From Acidimicrobiia bacterium (GTDB taxonomy: Bacteria; Actinomycetota; Acidimicrobiia; Spongiisociales; ZC4RG35): a stretch of DNA of 64,000 bases. Position 1 is the first letter of the stretch; every line of letters begins with the position of its first letter. Below the pieces are notes generated by a model, which saw only the letters and a list, made by a program, of their open reading frames with translations, ran no database searches and had not been told where the DNA came from. Of this stretch, positions 30,917 to 41,507 are shown piece after piece. The stretch is from contig CBDBCY010000004.1 of assembly GCA_965203555.1 (NCBI GenBank), positions 640,001 through 704,000 on the forward strand. The letters run 5' to 3'. The position numbers and the translations under genes are program-made.

Positions 30917-32292
30917 CGACTTTGCTCCCGCCCGGCCAGAAGCGCCAAAAGTTCGGTGGGAACCATGGTGACGTCGCCTGCCCCCATGCTCACCACCAGG
31001 TCTCCCTCCTGCAACTGGGGCGCCACTCTTTCCGCCACCTCCGAGCGATGCGGATAGTACTGCACTGCCCTTCCCCCAGCCCGGCGGGCCGCCGCCGCCA
31101 CCAGTTCCCCGCTGATGCCCGGCTGAGGTTCCTCGCGGGCGCCGTAGACATCGGTGACGACCACTCGATCGGCCAGAGCCAACGCAGCACCCAGGCCAGT
31201 GAACATCTGGGCGGTCCGAGAGTAGAGGTGTGGTTGAAAGATGGCCCACAATCGGCGGCTGCCGGTCTCTTTCGCGGCCCGCAGGGTGGCAGCGATCTCG
31301 GACGGGTGATGGGCGTAGTCGTCTATGATGGTCACGCCCCCCACCACCCCGCGATGTTCATAGCGGCGTCGCACTCCCCGATAGCGGGCTACTCCATGAA
31401 CGGCCCGGCCCAGGTCCAACCCCAATTCTCCGCACAAAGCCAACGCTCCGGCCGCATTGCGGGCCATGTGAACTCCGGGAAAGGGAACTACGACCGGCCA
31501 CGACGAACCGTCCCTCGTCAGGCGAAACGAGACCCGACCCTTGCCCTCGGAAAGTTCGATGATCCTCCAGTGAGCCTCTTTAGAGAGGCCGAAACCCACA
31601 AGTTCCGCCCTCCGGGCCACCCGCCGGGCGCCCGGATCGTCGATTCCGGCCACCACCGGACCGTCCACTCCTCGCGCTACCCGGACAAAACTCGACTCCA
31701 GGTTGTCGACCGTCTCGAAGTGTTCCAGATGTTCAGCCTCAACATTGTTGATCACCAGGCCCTTGAGATTGACTACCTCGAAAGTGCGAAACGCCTCGTC
31801 CACCTCCAAGACCATCCACGGGTCCGAGCCCAAACCGGCATTGGTTCCCAATCCGAGGACATGCTCACCCACCACGAAACTGGGATCCTGCCCCGCCGCC
31901 CGGGCAGCCTCGACCAGCATGGCGGTGGAAGAAGTCTTTCCGTGAGTTCCGGTGGGACCTACAGTGGTGATCTCGGCGCTCAAGGCCTCCAGCAACCGGG
32001 GCCGCCTCCACACTATTACCCCCAACCGCCGGGCGGCCAGTACCTCGGGGTCCTGTTCGGGAACCGCCGAAGAGATCGCCACCAGGTCCGTGTCCCTCGA
32101 GATGCGATCCGGGCGGTGACCCGCCCACACCTCGACGCCGATGTCGGAAAGAGCGTCCAAGCGGGACGACCGGCGGATGTCCGATCCGGTCACGATCTTG
32201 TCCGACTCCGCCAGCAGTTTGGCCAGCCCGCTCATTCCCGCTCCCCCCACCCCCACCACATGGATCCTGATCATCCCATCCAGATCAAACAT
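30913..32292 (-). CDS. murC: UDP-N-acetylmuramate-L-alanine ligase
   Basis: GVGGAGMSGLA, GTHGKTSST, DDYAHHPSE, FQPHLYSRT. Confidence 0.95.
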   Translation of the reverse strand: MFDLDGMIRIHVVGVGGAGMSGLAKLLAESDKIVTGSDIRRSSRLDALSDIGVEVWAGHRPDRISRDTDLVAISSAVPEQDPEVLAARRLGVIVWRRPRLLEALSAEITTVGPTGTHGKTSSTAMLVEAARAAGQDPSFVVGEHVLGLGTNAGLGSDPWMVLEVDEAFRTFEVVNLKGLVINNVEAEHLEHFETVDNLESSFVRVARGVDGPVVAGIDDPGARRVARRAELVGFGLSKEAHWRIIELSEGKGRVSFRLTRDGSSWPVVVPFPGVHMARNAAGALALCGELGLDLGRAVHGVARYRGVRRRYEHRGVVGGVTIIDDYAHHPSEIAATLRAAKETGSRRLWAIFQPHLYSRTAQMFTGLGAALALADRVVVTDVYGAREEPQPGISGELVAAAARRAGGRAVQYYPHRSEVAERVAPQLQEGDLVVSMGAGDVTMVPTELLALLAGREQSR

Positions 32293-33364
32293 GTGCACAC
32301 CTCATTTCCTCGGCGATCTGTTGCGCAGCCAGGGGACGCGCCATCGCCAACGCCGCTTTCGCCATGGACTCCCGACGATCACGGTCGTACAGAAGACCTC
32401 TGACCACCGGACCCAATTCTTGCAGATCAGATTCGCTCACCGATATCGCCGCTCCCGCATCATCCAAGGCGGCGGCGTTCGCCGCCTGGTGGCTGGCTGA
32501 ACCGAACTCTCCGGGAACCAGAACCGAAGGCAAACCGACTGCGGTCAACTCGGCAACTCCCCCTCCGGCCCGGGCCACCACCAGATCGCATGCCGAATAG
32601 AACAGATCCATACGCTCTTCAAATCCCACCACCCTCCACCGAACGGGACTCGCCGACGCCTGCTCGGACATCTCGACGAAATGGGCGGCGCCGGTCAGAT
32701 GGACCACCTGGACAGGATCCTCCTTCCAGTCCCTCAACATCTGTTGGACACCCGAGTTGATGGCTGCCGCCCCCAAACTTCCCCCCATCACTCCCACCAC
32801 CGGAATCCCATCGGAGAGCCGGTAGTGGAAACGGGCCTGTTCCCGCAACCCGTCCCGATCCAACCCGGCGATGTCAGCCCGGATCGGGTTGCCCACCCAC
32901 TCGGCCCTCTTCAATCCACCAGTGTCGGGAAAGGAAGCAAAACTGCGGGTTGCCCACCTCTCCATGACTCGATTGGCCAACCCGGCCACCGCGTTCTGCT
33001 CCAAGAGAAAGAACGGGATTCCGTGGGAACGGGCGGCCCACCCTGCCGGCGCGGTCACATAACCTCCCGTGGCGAGCAGTACCTCGACGCGGCGCTCCAC
33101 CAGCGCTCGCCGGATCCGCAGGATGGCCGTCGAGACCTTCTGGGGAATGGTGAGGTTTCGAACCGTGATCCGGCGGGCCAGCCCCTGCAGGGGAACCGAC
33201 AGAAGACTGAACCCGGCCCGGGGCACTGCTGCTTCCTCCACACGATTTCCTCCGATGAACAACACCTCTTCGGACCGAACCCCCTGGGACACCAGCGCTT
33301 CGGCCACCGCCAGACCGGGATAGACGTGTCCGGCAGTTCCCGCGGCGGCGATCGCGAAGGTCAT
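32285..33364 (-). CDS. murG: lipid II GlcNAc transferase
   Basis: GTAGHVYP, GGYV, EQNAVAG, GNPIR, GGSLGA, HQAANA. Confidence 0.95.
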   Translation of the reverse strand: MTFAIAAAGTAGHVYPGLAVAEALVSQGVRSEEVLFIGGNRVEEAAVPRAGFSLLSVPLQGLARRITVRNLTIPQKVSTAILRIRRALVERRVEVLLATGGYVTAPAGWAARSHGIPFFLLEQNAVAGLANRVMERWATRSFASFPDTGGLKRAEWVGNPIRADIAGLDRDGLREQARFHYRLSDGIPVVGVMGGSLGAAAINSGVQQMLRDWKEDPVQVVHLTGAAHFVEMSEQASASPVRWRVVGFEERMDLFYSACDLVVARAGGGVAELTAVGLPSVLVPGEFGSASHQAANAAALDDAGAAISVSESDLQELGPVVRGLLYDRDRRESMAKAALAMARPLAAQQIAEEMRCAHV

Positions 33365-34533
33365 TTTCGTAATTTCACCGGATTGCCTCCCTGACGGGCC
33401 ACATTGAGGAGTACTCCCAAGGCGCCCATGTTCACCACCAGGGAAGACACGCCGTAGGAGATGAAAGGAAGGGTGATGCCGGTTATAGGCAGCCAACCCA
33501 CCACGCCCCCTACGTTGATCAAGCCTTGGAAGCCAAGCCAGGCCGTGATCCCCGCCGCCAGCATCTGACCGAAATGATCGGGGGCGCGTCGAGCCACCAT
33601 CCAGCCCAACACCACCAGCACCACGAACAACGTGATGACGAACAGACCTCCCAACAGCCCGATCTCCTCTCCGATGATGGCGAAGATAAAGTCGGTGTGA
33701 GCGTTGGGCAGGTAGAACCACCGCGCCCGGCTGTTACCCGGCCCGACCCCCCACAAACCTCCGGTCCCCAAGGCGACCCAGGACTGGATCAGCTGATATC
33801 CGGTGTCGGCCGCATCTCCCCAAGGATCAAGAAAACCCTTCAGCCGATCCAGGCGATAGGGGGCGATCACCGCCAGCAGGACGGAAGCTGCCAACCCCGC
33901 CACCGCGGACCCCACCATGTAGCCCATCGGGGCGCCGCCAACCCACAGCACCACAAAGGCGCAAATGGCGATCAGGATGGTGGTTCCGAAGTCAGGCTGC
34001 TGGAGCAACAGGAAACCGACGCTCCCAACCACCAGCATCACCGCGGAAATGTAGCTCTTGACGTCATCGAAAACGCCCCTTCCCCGCGAAATCAGGGAGG
34101 CCATCAGCACGATCACCGCAAACTTGGCGAGCTCGGAGGGCTCGAATCCCACTGAACCCACCCGCAGCCAGCGGGCGCTTCCTCCCACGCGGACTCCGAA
34201 CAGCAACACCATGAACAGCAGGACCAGCGCCCCTCCGAACAGGACATTGGCGTAGCGCTGGTACAACCGGTAGGGAACCCGGGATGTCACGATCAAGACC
34301 GCCGTTCCCAGTCCCACCCCCAGCAACTGTCTCATAAAGAAGTGATACTGGCCGTACTCCCAGTTTATCCCCACCGTCGAGGAAGCCGAGATGGTCGCGC
34401 CCAACCCGATGACCACCAGGGTGAACACCACCGTCCCGAACAGCAGGATGATCTGGGTATTGATCCGGTAGCGGGATGCGCTCTGGATTCTCTCGGCCCT
34501 GGCGCGGTAGATGGTGGTTACGTTGGTAGCCAT
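33361..34533 (-). CDS. ftsW: SEDS peptidoglycan polymerase FtsW
   Basis: GSARWL, EPSELAK, QPDFGT, LPNAHTDFIF, LPFISYG. Confidence 0.95.
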   Translation of the reverse strand: MATNVTTIYRARAERIQSASRYRINTQIILLFGTVVFTLVVIGLGATISASSTVGINWEYGQYHFFMRQLLGVGLGTAVLIVTSRVPYRLYQRYANVLFGGALVLLFMVLLFGVRVGGSARWLRVGSVGFEPSELAKFAVIVLMASLISRGRGVFDDVKSYISAVMLVVGSVGFLLLQQPDFGTTILIAICAFVVLWVGGAPMGYMVGSAVAGLAASVLLAVIAPYRLDRLKGFLDPWGDAADTGYQLIQSWVALGTGGLWGVGPGNSRARWFYLPNAHTDFIFAIIGEEIGLLGGLFVITLFVVLVVLGWMVARRAPDHFGQMLAAGITAWLGFQGLINVGGVVGWLPITGITLPFISYGVSSLVVNMGALGVLLNVARQGGNPVKLRK

Positions 34534-35841
34534 TCAGGTCCTTTCCCGGCTGCCGGACAGATCGGCCACGATCCGTCCAAACTGCTTGCCGCGGGCTTGA
34601 TAGGAGTCGAATTGGTCGAAAGAGGCGCAGCCGGGGGCCAGCAACACCACGTCATGCGGAAGGGCCATCTCCAAAGCCATCTCCACCGCATTCGACAGGG
34701 TCCCGGCGGGAGTCACCTTCCCCACAGGCCCAGCCTCGACCAACTCCGGGGAGGCGGCGCCTATGGAGACAACCGCCCTGACCGGGGCGGCCCTGGTCAG
34801 CGGAGACAAGTCCAGTCCCTTGTTGAGTCCCCCGGCGATCAGCACCACCGAGCGAAAAGAATTGATGGACGCCAGGGCCGCATGGGGATTGGTGGCCTTC
34901 GAATCATCCACAAACCGCACTCCACCGATCTCTCCGACCACCCGGCGTCGATGGGGGCCGGGAGAAAAGCCCCGTATCGCCGCCTCCACCGCCTTCTGCG
35001 AGGCCCCCATCCTGCGGGCTGCGGCAGCCGCGATCAACATGTCGGAAAGATAGGACGGATCGGTCACCGCCAGTTCATCGAGGGGGATTCGGGCGCCGCC
35101 CACCAGCAGATCGCCGCGATCCACTCCTCCCTCCCCCGTCTTCGAAGACGCCGACACTGCAACCAACCGGCTTCCGGCGCCACTCGTCGCCCGGGTGGCG
35201 CCCGGGTCGTCGGCGTTGAAGATCAACGTGTCGGCTTCGGTCTGAGACAGGTGTATGCGAGCTTTTGCGGCCAGGTACCGGTCCTGGGTCCCATGCCAGT
35301 CCAGGTGATCGGAGGCGACATTGACAATCACCGCCGTACGGGGGGCAAGCGTGCGCGTGAAGCGCAACTGGAAGCTGGACAGCTCCACCACCGCCCGCTC
35401 ATGATGGCTGCCGACCAAGTCGGAGAGCGGATCCCCAATGTTGCCCACCACCGGAACCTGCAGACCGGACAGGGCCAGCATCCTCCCGATCAGCAGAGCG
35501 ACGGTAGTCTTCCCGTTGGTGCCGGTTATGGCAGTCATCTCGGTTCGCAGTTCACGACCGGCCAACTCCACCTCACTCCACACCGGTTTTCCCGCCCCCA
35601 GCGCGTCCTGGATGGGCCGAGAACCTTCAGGGAACCCGGGGCTCGCGACCACCAGGTCGCAGTTCTCGACAAACTCCCGACGCCATCGACCGGTCACCGC
35701 CGACCACTGCGGCGTCCCGTTGCAGGAGGCCACCGCCTCGGGCCTGGCATCGTAAACCCTCACCCTCCATCCCAGTCCGGCCCCGATCCGGGCGGCGGCT
35801 CGCCCGGACACTCCGGCCCCCAACACCAGACACCGCTTCAC
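34534..35841 (-). CDS. murD: UDP-MurNAc-L-Ala-D-Glu ligase
   Basis: ASPG, ITGTNGKTT, ELSSFQL, DHLDWH, DDSKATN, PGCASFDQF. Confidence 0.95.
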   Translation of the reverse strand: MKRCLVLGAGVSGRAAARIGAGLGWRVRVYDARPEAVASCNGTPQWSAVTGRWRREFVENCDLVVASPGFPEGSRPIQDALGAGKPVWSEVELAGRELRTEMTAITGTNGKTTVALLIGRMLALSGLQVPVVGNIGDPLSDLVGSHHERAVVELSSFQLRFTRTLAPRTAVIVNVASDHLDWHGTQDRYLAAKARIHLSQTEADTLIFNADDPGATRATSGAGSRLVAVSASSKTGEGGVDRGDLLVGGARIPLDELAVTDPSYLSDMLIAAAAARRMGASQKAVEAAIRGFSPGPHRRRVVGEIGGVRFVDDSKATNPHAALASINSFRSVVLIAGGLNKGLDLSPLTRAAPVRAVVSIGAASPELVEAGPVGKVTPAGTLSNAVEMALEMALPHDVVLLAPGCASFDQFDSYQARGKQFGRIVADLSGSRERT

Positions 35842-36887
35842 AGCAACCCCTCCAGCGCCAGAAAGTCGGCATAGAAGATGCCCAAACCCAGCGATACACC
35901 CAGTCCGGCCAAGATCCAGAATCGAATCACCACCGTCGGCTCCTCCCAGCCGGCCAGGCTGAAATGGTGATGAAACGGGGCCATGCGAAACACCCGCCGA
36001 CCGGTGGTCCGGAAACTGACCACCTGGATGATCACCGACAGCGTCTCGGCCACAAACAGCCCGCCGATCACCATCAACAGCAATTGCGTGTTGGTCAGCA
36101 CCGCCAATGCGGCCAGCAGACCGCCGATGGCGTGGGAGCCGATGTCTCCCATTATCAGACGGGCCGGAGGGGCGTTCCACCACAAAAACCCCAGCAGCGC
36201 CCCGACCATGGCCGCCGCGATCGTCGCCAAGGCCAGTGGATCCACCGCCATGTAGATGTCGGCATGGCGGACCTGCCAGAAGGCGATCACCACGTAAGCG
36301 CCGAACATCAGCACGGCCGATCCGCCTGCCAGGCCGTCCATCCCGTCCGCCAGGTTGGCGCCGTTGGCCGCCCCGGTCAACATCACCAGCACCAACACCG
36401 TGAAGAGAGCGCCGAGTTCGATGCCCAGCGGCCGGGTGAAGGACAGTTCGGTGATCACCCCCGATCCCCGAGCGCTCCATACGAACAGGGCGGCCACCAC
36501 GATCTGGCCTCCGAATTTGGCTGCCTTTCGCAACCCGAGCGACCGGCGCCGTCGAGTTTTCACCAGATCATCGAAGAAACCGACCGCAGCCATTCCCACC
36601 AGGGCCACCAGACACAGGAACCCCCCCGTGGGAATGGTATTGAAGGTCACAGACAGCCCGTCTGCGACGTTGAAGCGGACGTAGGCAAGAAAGTAGGCTG
36701 CGACCGCGGCGGCCACGAACATGATCCCGCCCATGGTGGGAGTCCCCAGTTTGTGGCCGTGCGCGCCTTGAATCTCCTCTTGAATAAAGTCCCCGATGTT
36801 CAGCCGGCGCAGCACCTTGATCCCGTAGAAGGTGAGCACCAGGGACAGAACAAAGCCCACTGACGAACCCACCAGAAGGTTGATCAC
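35838..36887 (-). CDS. mraY: phospho-MurNAc-pentapeptide transferase
   Basis: GTPTMGG, GFFDD, NLADGMDGL, MGDIGS, FRMAPFHHHF. Confidence 0.95.
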   Translation of the reverse strand: MINLLVGSSVGFVLSLVLTFYGIKVLRRLNIGDFIQEEIQGAHGHKLGTPTMGGIMFVAAAVAAYFLAYVRFNVADGLSVTFNTIPTGGFLCLVALVGMAAVGFFDDLVKTRRRRSLGLRKAAKFGGQIVVAALFVWSARGSGVITELSFTRPLGIELGALFTVLVLVMLTGAANGANLADGMDGLAGGSAVLMFGAYVVIAFWQVRHADIYMAVDPLALATIAAAMVGALLGFLWWNAPPARLIMGDIGSHAIGGLLAALAVLTNTQLLLMVIGGLFVAETLSVIIQVVSFRTTGRRVFRMAPFHHHFSLAGWEEPTVVIRFWILAGLGVSLGLGIFYADFLALEGLL

Positions 36888-38356
36888 CTTCCCACCTTCC
36901 ACCGGGCCCCTTCGGTGATCCCCAACGCCTCCCTGGCGAACCGTCGGTCGTCAAAAGGTATGCGTTCGGTCCCGATTTCCTGGTAACGCTCGTGGCCCTT
37001 GCCCAGGATCAATACCACGTCACCCGGCCGAGCCCATCCCACTGTCGTGCGGATGGCCTGGGCGCGGTCCACCTCCACTGAGAATCCTCCGCCCTCTATA
37101 CCGGCGGACAGCTCGGCGAGAATCTCCAGCGGGTCCTCCGAACGCGGGTTGTCGGAGGTGAGCATGAGGAGATCGGCCGCCGCCGCCGCTCTGCCCATCT
37201 CCGCCCGTTTGCTCCGGTCGCGGTCCCCACCAGCCCCGATCACGGCTATCACCCGGCCGCGGGCTGCTTTCCGGGCGGCCTTGATCACCGCCGCGATCGC
37301 TCCGGGCGTGTGGGCGTAGTCGACCACCACCGCCGCCGGGCGATCGGCCACCACCTCGAATCGTCCATCCACCGGAGACATGGCCGCAATACCCGACGAG
37401 ATCTCGTTTGGCGAATATCCCATCGCCAGCGCGGCCGCCGCCGCCAGCAGGGCGTTGTTTCCGTTGTGAATTCCCCCCATGGAGGTCTCCACGGTGAAGC
37501 TGACTCCCGCCGCCCGGCAGGTAACCGCCGCTCCGGCAATACCTCGGTTCACCACCTCGCCTCTCACCTCGGCCTCGGCGCCCGTTCCGACGGTGGTGAC
37601 GGGAATCCTGCAACCCGCAGCCAACCTCCGGCCCCACTCATCATCGGTCCACACCACTGCCGCAGATGAGAATTCCGGCAAGAAGAGTCGCTCTTTGCTG
37701 CGGTAATAGTCCTCCTGGGTTCCGTGAAAGTCCAGGTGGTCGTGTCCCAGATTGGTGAAGACCGCCAACTCGAACCGAAGATGGTCCACTCTGCGCAACG
37801 CCAGCCCATGGGAGGAAACCTCCATCAAAGCCGTGTCCACCCCCTCGGCGCGCATGGTCGCCAACTGCCGTTGTACCTCGGAGGATTCCGGAGTGGTAAG
37901 CGAGGTGGGAACCGTCTTCCGGCCGATCCCGGCCCCCAGGGTGCCGATCACCCCGGTTCTGTGACCGGCGTTGCGGACCACGGACTCGATCATGTGCATC
38001 ACGGTTGTCTTTCCGTTGGTGCCGGTGACTCCCACCAGTCGAAGACTTCGGGAGGGATGGCCGTACACTTCGGCCGCGGCCCTCCGCAGAGCCTTCCTGC
38101 CGTCGGGGACCACTATCTGGGGGACCCGGTGGTCCACCGGCCGCTCGCAGATCACCGCCACCGCTCCCCGGGACACAGCCTCTTCGATGTAGTCGTGACC
38201 GTCGAAGCGATCCCCTCTCAACGCCACGAACACATCCCCCGCCCTCACCGTCCGGCTGTCGTGGCTCACCCCTTCGACCCGGATCCCTTCCCTGCCGCGC
38301 ACCGAGGCGCCCAGGCGTTCTGCCACCATTGCGACCGTCATCTCAGTAGTTCTCAC
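36884..38356 (-). CDS. murE: UDP-MurNAc-dipeptide:meso-DAP ligase
   Basis: GTNGKTT, MEVSSH, DYAHTP, DNPR (meso-DAP specificity motif), GKGHE. Confidence 0.95.
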   Translation of the reverse strand: MRTTEMTVAMVAERLGASVRGREGIRVEGVSHDSRTVRAGDVFVALRGDRFDGHDYIEEAVSRGAVAVICERPVDHRVPQIVVPDGRKALRRAAAEVYGHPSRSLRLVGVTGTNGKTTVMHMIESVVRNAGHRTGVIGTLGAGIGRKTVPTSLTTPESSEVQRQLATMRAEGVDTALMEVSSHGLALRRVDHLRFELAVFTNLGHDHLDFHGTQEDYYRSKERLFLPEFSSAAVVWTDDEWGRRLAAGCRIPVTTVGTGAEAEVRGEVVNRGIAGAAVTCRAAGVSFTVETSMGGIHNGNNALLAAAAALAMGYSPNEISSGIAAMSPVDGRFEVVADRPAAVVVDYAHTPGAIAAVIKAARKAARGRVIAVIGAGGDRDRSKRAEMGRAAAAADLLMLTSDNPRSEDPLEILAELSAGIEGGGFSVEVDRAQAIRTTVGWARPGDVVLILGKGHERYQEIGTERIPFDDRRFAREALGITEGARWKVGR

Positions 38357-40079
38357 TGGGGATCTCTCCCAATCTTCTCAGGGCGACTTCCATTATCTCG
38401 GAGAACACCGGAGCCGCAGCCGAACCACCGGTCCGGAATTCGGATCTGGTGGGTCCGTCCACCACCACCAAGACCACCACCTTGGGATCGTCCACCGGCG
38501 CCATTCCGATGAAGGAGGCGATGTTGAGTTCTTCGTCATATCCGTCGAAACCCAGCTTGGAAGAGGTTCCGGTCTTGCCTCCCACCTCGAATCCGGTGAC
38601 CGCAGCCTCCTGACCGGTTCCCTTGTTGACCGTGTCAGCCATCAGAAGACGCATGACGCGAGCTGTCTCCGGCTTGATCACCTGGCGCTGAACGATGTCG
38701 GAGACCGGACGAACCTGGCCGTCCACCCGCAGCGCCTTCACCAGGTGAGGCTGCACCCATATCCCGTCGTTGGCCACCGCCGCAAAGACGGACGCCATCT
38801 GAATAGGGGTGACCGCCACCGAATAGCCGATCGCTGCCGAGGTCAGACAGGTGCTGCAGGTGGGATCCAGGTTCAGCAACCCCTCGGCCTCTCCGGAGAA
38901 GTCCACGCCGGTGGGAACCCCCAGGCCGAAAGCGCTTATGTATTCGGACAGCATTCCCCTGGGCAGCCTCTGTTGAACCATGATGGTCCCCACGTTGGAG
39001 GACCGCACGAAAATGTCCGCCACCGTCAGATCCAGGGGCTCGTGAAAGGTGAAGTCGCGATAACACCCGTAGATCTCGTCATCGGGTTCCTCACAGGCCC
39101 GGGGAAAGACCTCGATCTCATAGGGAACTTGGGGAATCAGGTCGGATGCCCTCCAAATCCCACTGTCCAGCGCGGCGGCAATGGTGACCACCTTCTGGGT
39201 GGACCCGGGTTCGTACAGCCCGCGCACCGCGAAATTCGAATAGGGTGACCCGTCCTCGGAGATCCGTTCCTCGGGGTCGAAGCTCGGCACGCCCCCCATG
39301 GCCAGGATCTCTCCGGTCTCGGGATTGAGCGCCACCGCCCAACACTGCTCCGCCCCGGTTCGGGCCACTCCCGACCGGCAGGCTTCCATCACGCTGTATT
39401 GGAGCAGCAAATCCAAGGTGGTGAGGAGGTCGGACCCCCGGACGGCTTCGGTGATCTCACGCAATCCGGTGGGAATCTGACGACCCTTCACGTCCTGCTC
39501 GATCATCGCTCTCCCAGGCGCCCCGGCCAGATCGTCCTGGTAGTAATACTCCAATCCCTCGATGCCCACCCCGTCTATGTTCACCATTCCCAGCACATGG
39601 GACGCCACCGATGACGGATAGATGCGTTTGGATTCCGGCTCACTGTAGACGCCCGCAAACCCCATATTCATGATTTCCTCCACCGCATCCACCTCCAACT
39701 GGCGCTTGATATAGACAAAGTCGTCACCCGACTGAAGGTCTCTGGCCAGTTTCTCGACGTCGGCGCCCACTCGAAGTCCCACCTGTTGAGCGATCAACAC
39801 CGGATCTTCGATCTCTGAGGGGATCGCAAACAGGCTGGCCCCCAGAACGGTCAGGGCCAGCGCCTCCCCGTTCCGGTCGAATATCTCCCCCCGCTCCGGC
39901 AGCACTTCCTTTATGGAGAGGCGCTGTCGCAGGCCTCGCTGGGCGTAGCTGTCGTCCTCCACCACTTGCACGGTGTACATCTTGAACGCCATGGCAACCC
40001 AGGCCACCACCAACAATCCCCCCATCAGGGCCAGCCGTCTGGCTACCGAACGCGGGGCGGGGCCGGGCTGGTTCTCCAC
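38343..40079 (-). CDS. ftsI: class B penicillin-binding protein FtsI
   Basis: RGEIFDRNG, YEPGSTQK (SxxK), SSN, KTG. Confidence 0.93.
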   Translation of the reverse strand: MENQPGPAPRSVARRLALMGGLLVVAWVAMAFKMYTVQVVEDDSYAQRGLRQRLSIKEVLPERGEIFDRNGEALALTVLGASLFAIPSEIEDPVLIAQQVGLRVGADVEKLARDLQSGDDFVYIKRQLEVDAVEEIMNMGFAGVYSEPESKRIYPSSVASHVLGMVNIDGVGIEGLEYYYQDDLAGAPGRAMIEQDVKGRQIPTGLREITEAVRGSDLLTTLDLLLQYSVMEACRSGVARTGAEQCWAVALNPETGEILAMGGVPSFDPEERISEDGSPYSNFAVRGLYEPGSTQKVVTIAAALDSGIWRASDLIPQVPYEIEVFPRACEEPDDEIYGCYRDFTFHEPLDLTVADIFVRSSNVGTIMVQQRLPRGMLSEYISAFGLGVPTGVDFSGEAEGLLNLDPTCSTCLTSAAIGYSVAVTPIQMASVFAAVANDGIWVQPHLVKALRVDGQVRPVSDIVQRQVIKPETARVMRLLMADTVNKGTGQEAAVTGFEVGGKTGTSSKLGFDGYDEELNIASFIGMAPVDDPKVVVLVVVDGPTRSEFRTGGSAAAPVFSEIMEVALRRLGEIPSENY

Positions 40080-40081
40080 CT

Positions 40082-40471
40082 TTAGCCGGAAGGTTCGAAG
40101 CCCGGAATCACAGGCGCCACTCCGGGCACCCGAATGTGCACCACCTCGTCGGGATAGAACAGCCCCAACGGCTCGGCCAGGGAGGCCACCCGATCAGGAT
40201 TCTCGAGCCGGGCCACCTCCAGGCGGAGCAGGCGGTTTTGGATGGTCTCCTCCTCGATGCGGGCCTGCAATTCTGCCAGCCGAAAAGCTCCCTCGTCCAG
40301 GAGAGTGCGGCTCCACACCATTCCCAAGAATGTGGAGACGACCAGCACGATGAATGCGAACAGCATCAGAATCGCCGCGGGAGTCCGCCGCGAAGTGCTT
40401 GATCCCGCAGAAATGAGTCGCAGGGAAAAGCGATTCCCCGACGGGGAACCCGGCGCGGCGCGAGTAGTCAA
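40082..40471 (-). CDS. ftsL: cell division protein FtsL-like
   Basis: TM helix, coiled coil, LENPDRV..A..LGL; between rsmH and ftsI. Confidence 0.75.
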   Translation of the reverse strand: MTTRAAPGSPSGNRFSLRLISAGSSTSRRTPAAILMLFAFIVLVVSTFLGMVWSRTLLDEGAFRLAELQARIEEETIQNRLLRLEVARLENPDRVASLAEPLGLFYPDEVVHIRVPGVAPVIPGFEPSG

Positions 40472-41385
40472 GAGGCCAGCTTCTCCACCGCCCGCAGGCG
40501 AGCCGAGCGTGCCCGGCGATTGCGCGCCGTCTCCTGCCGATCGGGCCGGGCCGCTCCTTTGACCAACATCCTCAATTCCGGCGTCCGATCACATCCGCAC
40601 ACCGGCAGATCGGGTGGACAGGCGCATGCCTGCAAGCCTTCGGCAAACCGCCGTTTGACCAGACGATCCTCCAGGGAGTGGTAGGAAATGGTCACGCATC
40701 GGCCCTGGTGATCCAACAGCCGCAGAGCTGCCTCCAGTCCGCTGCTCACCGCCTCCAGTTCTTGATTGACCGCCATCCGAATGGCCTGGAAGGTGCGCCT
40801 GGCGGGATGCCCCTTGCGACGCAGGGCGGCAGGAACGGCCTCGGCGATCACCTCGGCAAGGGTCACAGTGTCATGCAAGGGGCGATTGGCCACGATCGCC
40901 CGGGCGATCCGACCGGCGGAGGGGTCCTCACCAAACTCCCGGATGGTCCCGGCCAGACGCCTCTCCTCCCAAGTGTTGACCACCTCTGCCGCCAACCTCG
41001 CCGAACGGGGATCCATCCTCATGTCGAGCGGGCCGCGTCGATGATACGAGAACCCGCGCTCCGGCTCGTCCAGTTGATCCGAAGAAAGACCGAAGTCGAA
41101 TAGAACACCGTTAATGGGAGCAAGGCCAGCCTGGTCGACAAGTATGTCCAGGTCGGCAAAGTTGCCTGATATGAAGTCGAATCCCAAAGTTGCCGCTCGT
41201 TCGGCTACCGCCGGATCCCGGTCAATTCCCATGATTCTTACGTTGGGTCCCATCACCTGTCGCAAACGTTGACTGTGACCGCCTCCTCCAAAAGTGGCGT
41301 CTATCAACGTTCCTCCCGGAAGGGGCTTGAAAAGCTCGCACACGAGGTCGGCCATGACCGGCTCGTGCCTGACACTATGGCTCAT
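40468..41385 (-). CDS. rsmH: 16S rRNA m4C1402 methyltransferase
   Basis: HEPVM, DATFGGGGHS, GPLDMRMD, SYHSLEDR, RARSARLR. Confidence 0.96.
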   Translation of the reverse strand: MSHSVRHEPVMADLVCELFKPLPGGTLIDATFGGGGHSQRLRQVMGPNVRIMGIDRDPAVAERAATLGFDFISGNFADLDILVDQAGLAPINGVLFDFGLSSDQLDEPERGFSYHRRGPLDMRMDPRSARLAAEVVNTWEERRLAGTIREFGEDPSAGRIARAIVANRPLHDTVTLAEVIAEAVPAALRRKGHPARRTFQAIRMAVNQELEAVSSGLEAALRLLDHQGRCVTISYHSLEDRLVKRRFAEGLQACACPPDLPVCGCDRTPELRMLVKGAARPDRQETARNRRARSARLRAVEKLAS

Positions 41386-41507
41386 AGCCGGCCCCCCGAA
41401 GAATCGGCGCCTAGTGGAAGCGGGCGGATTGGGGCCTTCATTAGCTCCAGGGAGCCGGCTATGAGCCATAACTGTTTCGGTCGTATCTCAATCCAGACCT
41501 TGGATCT

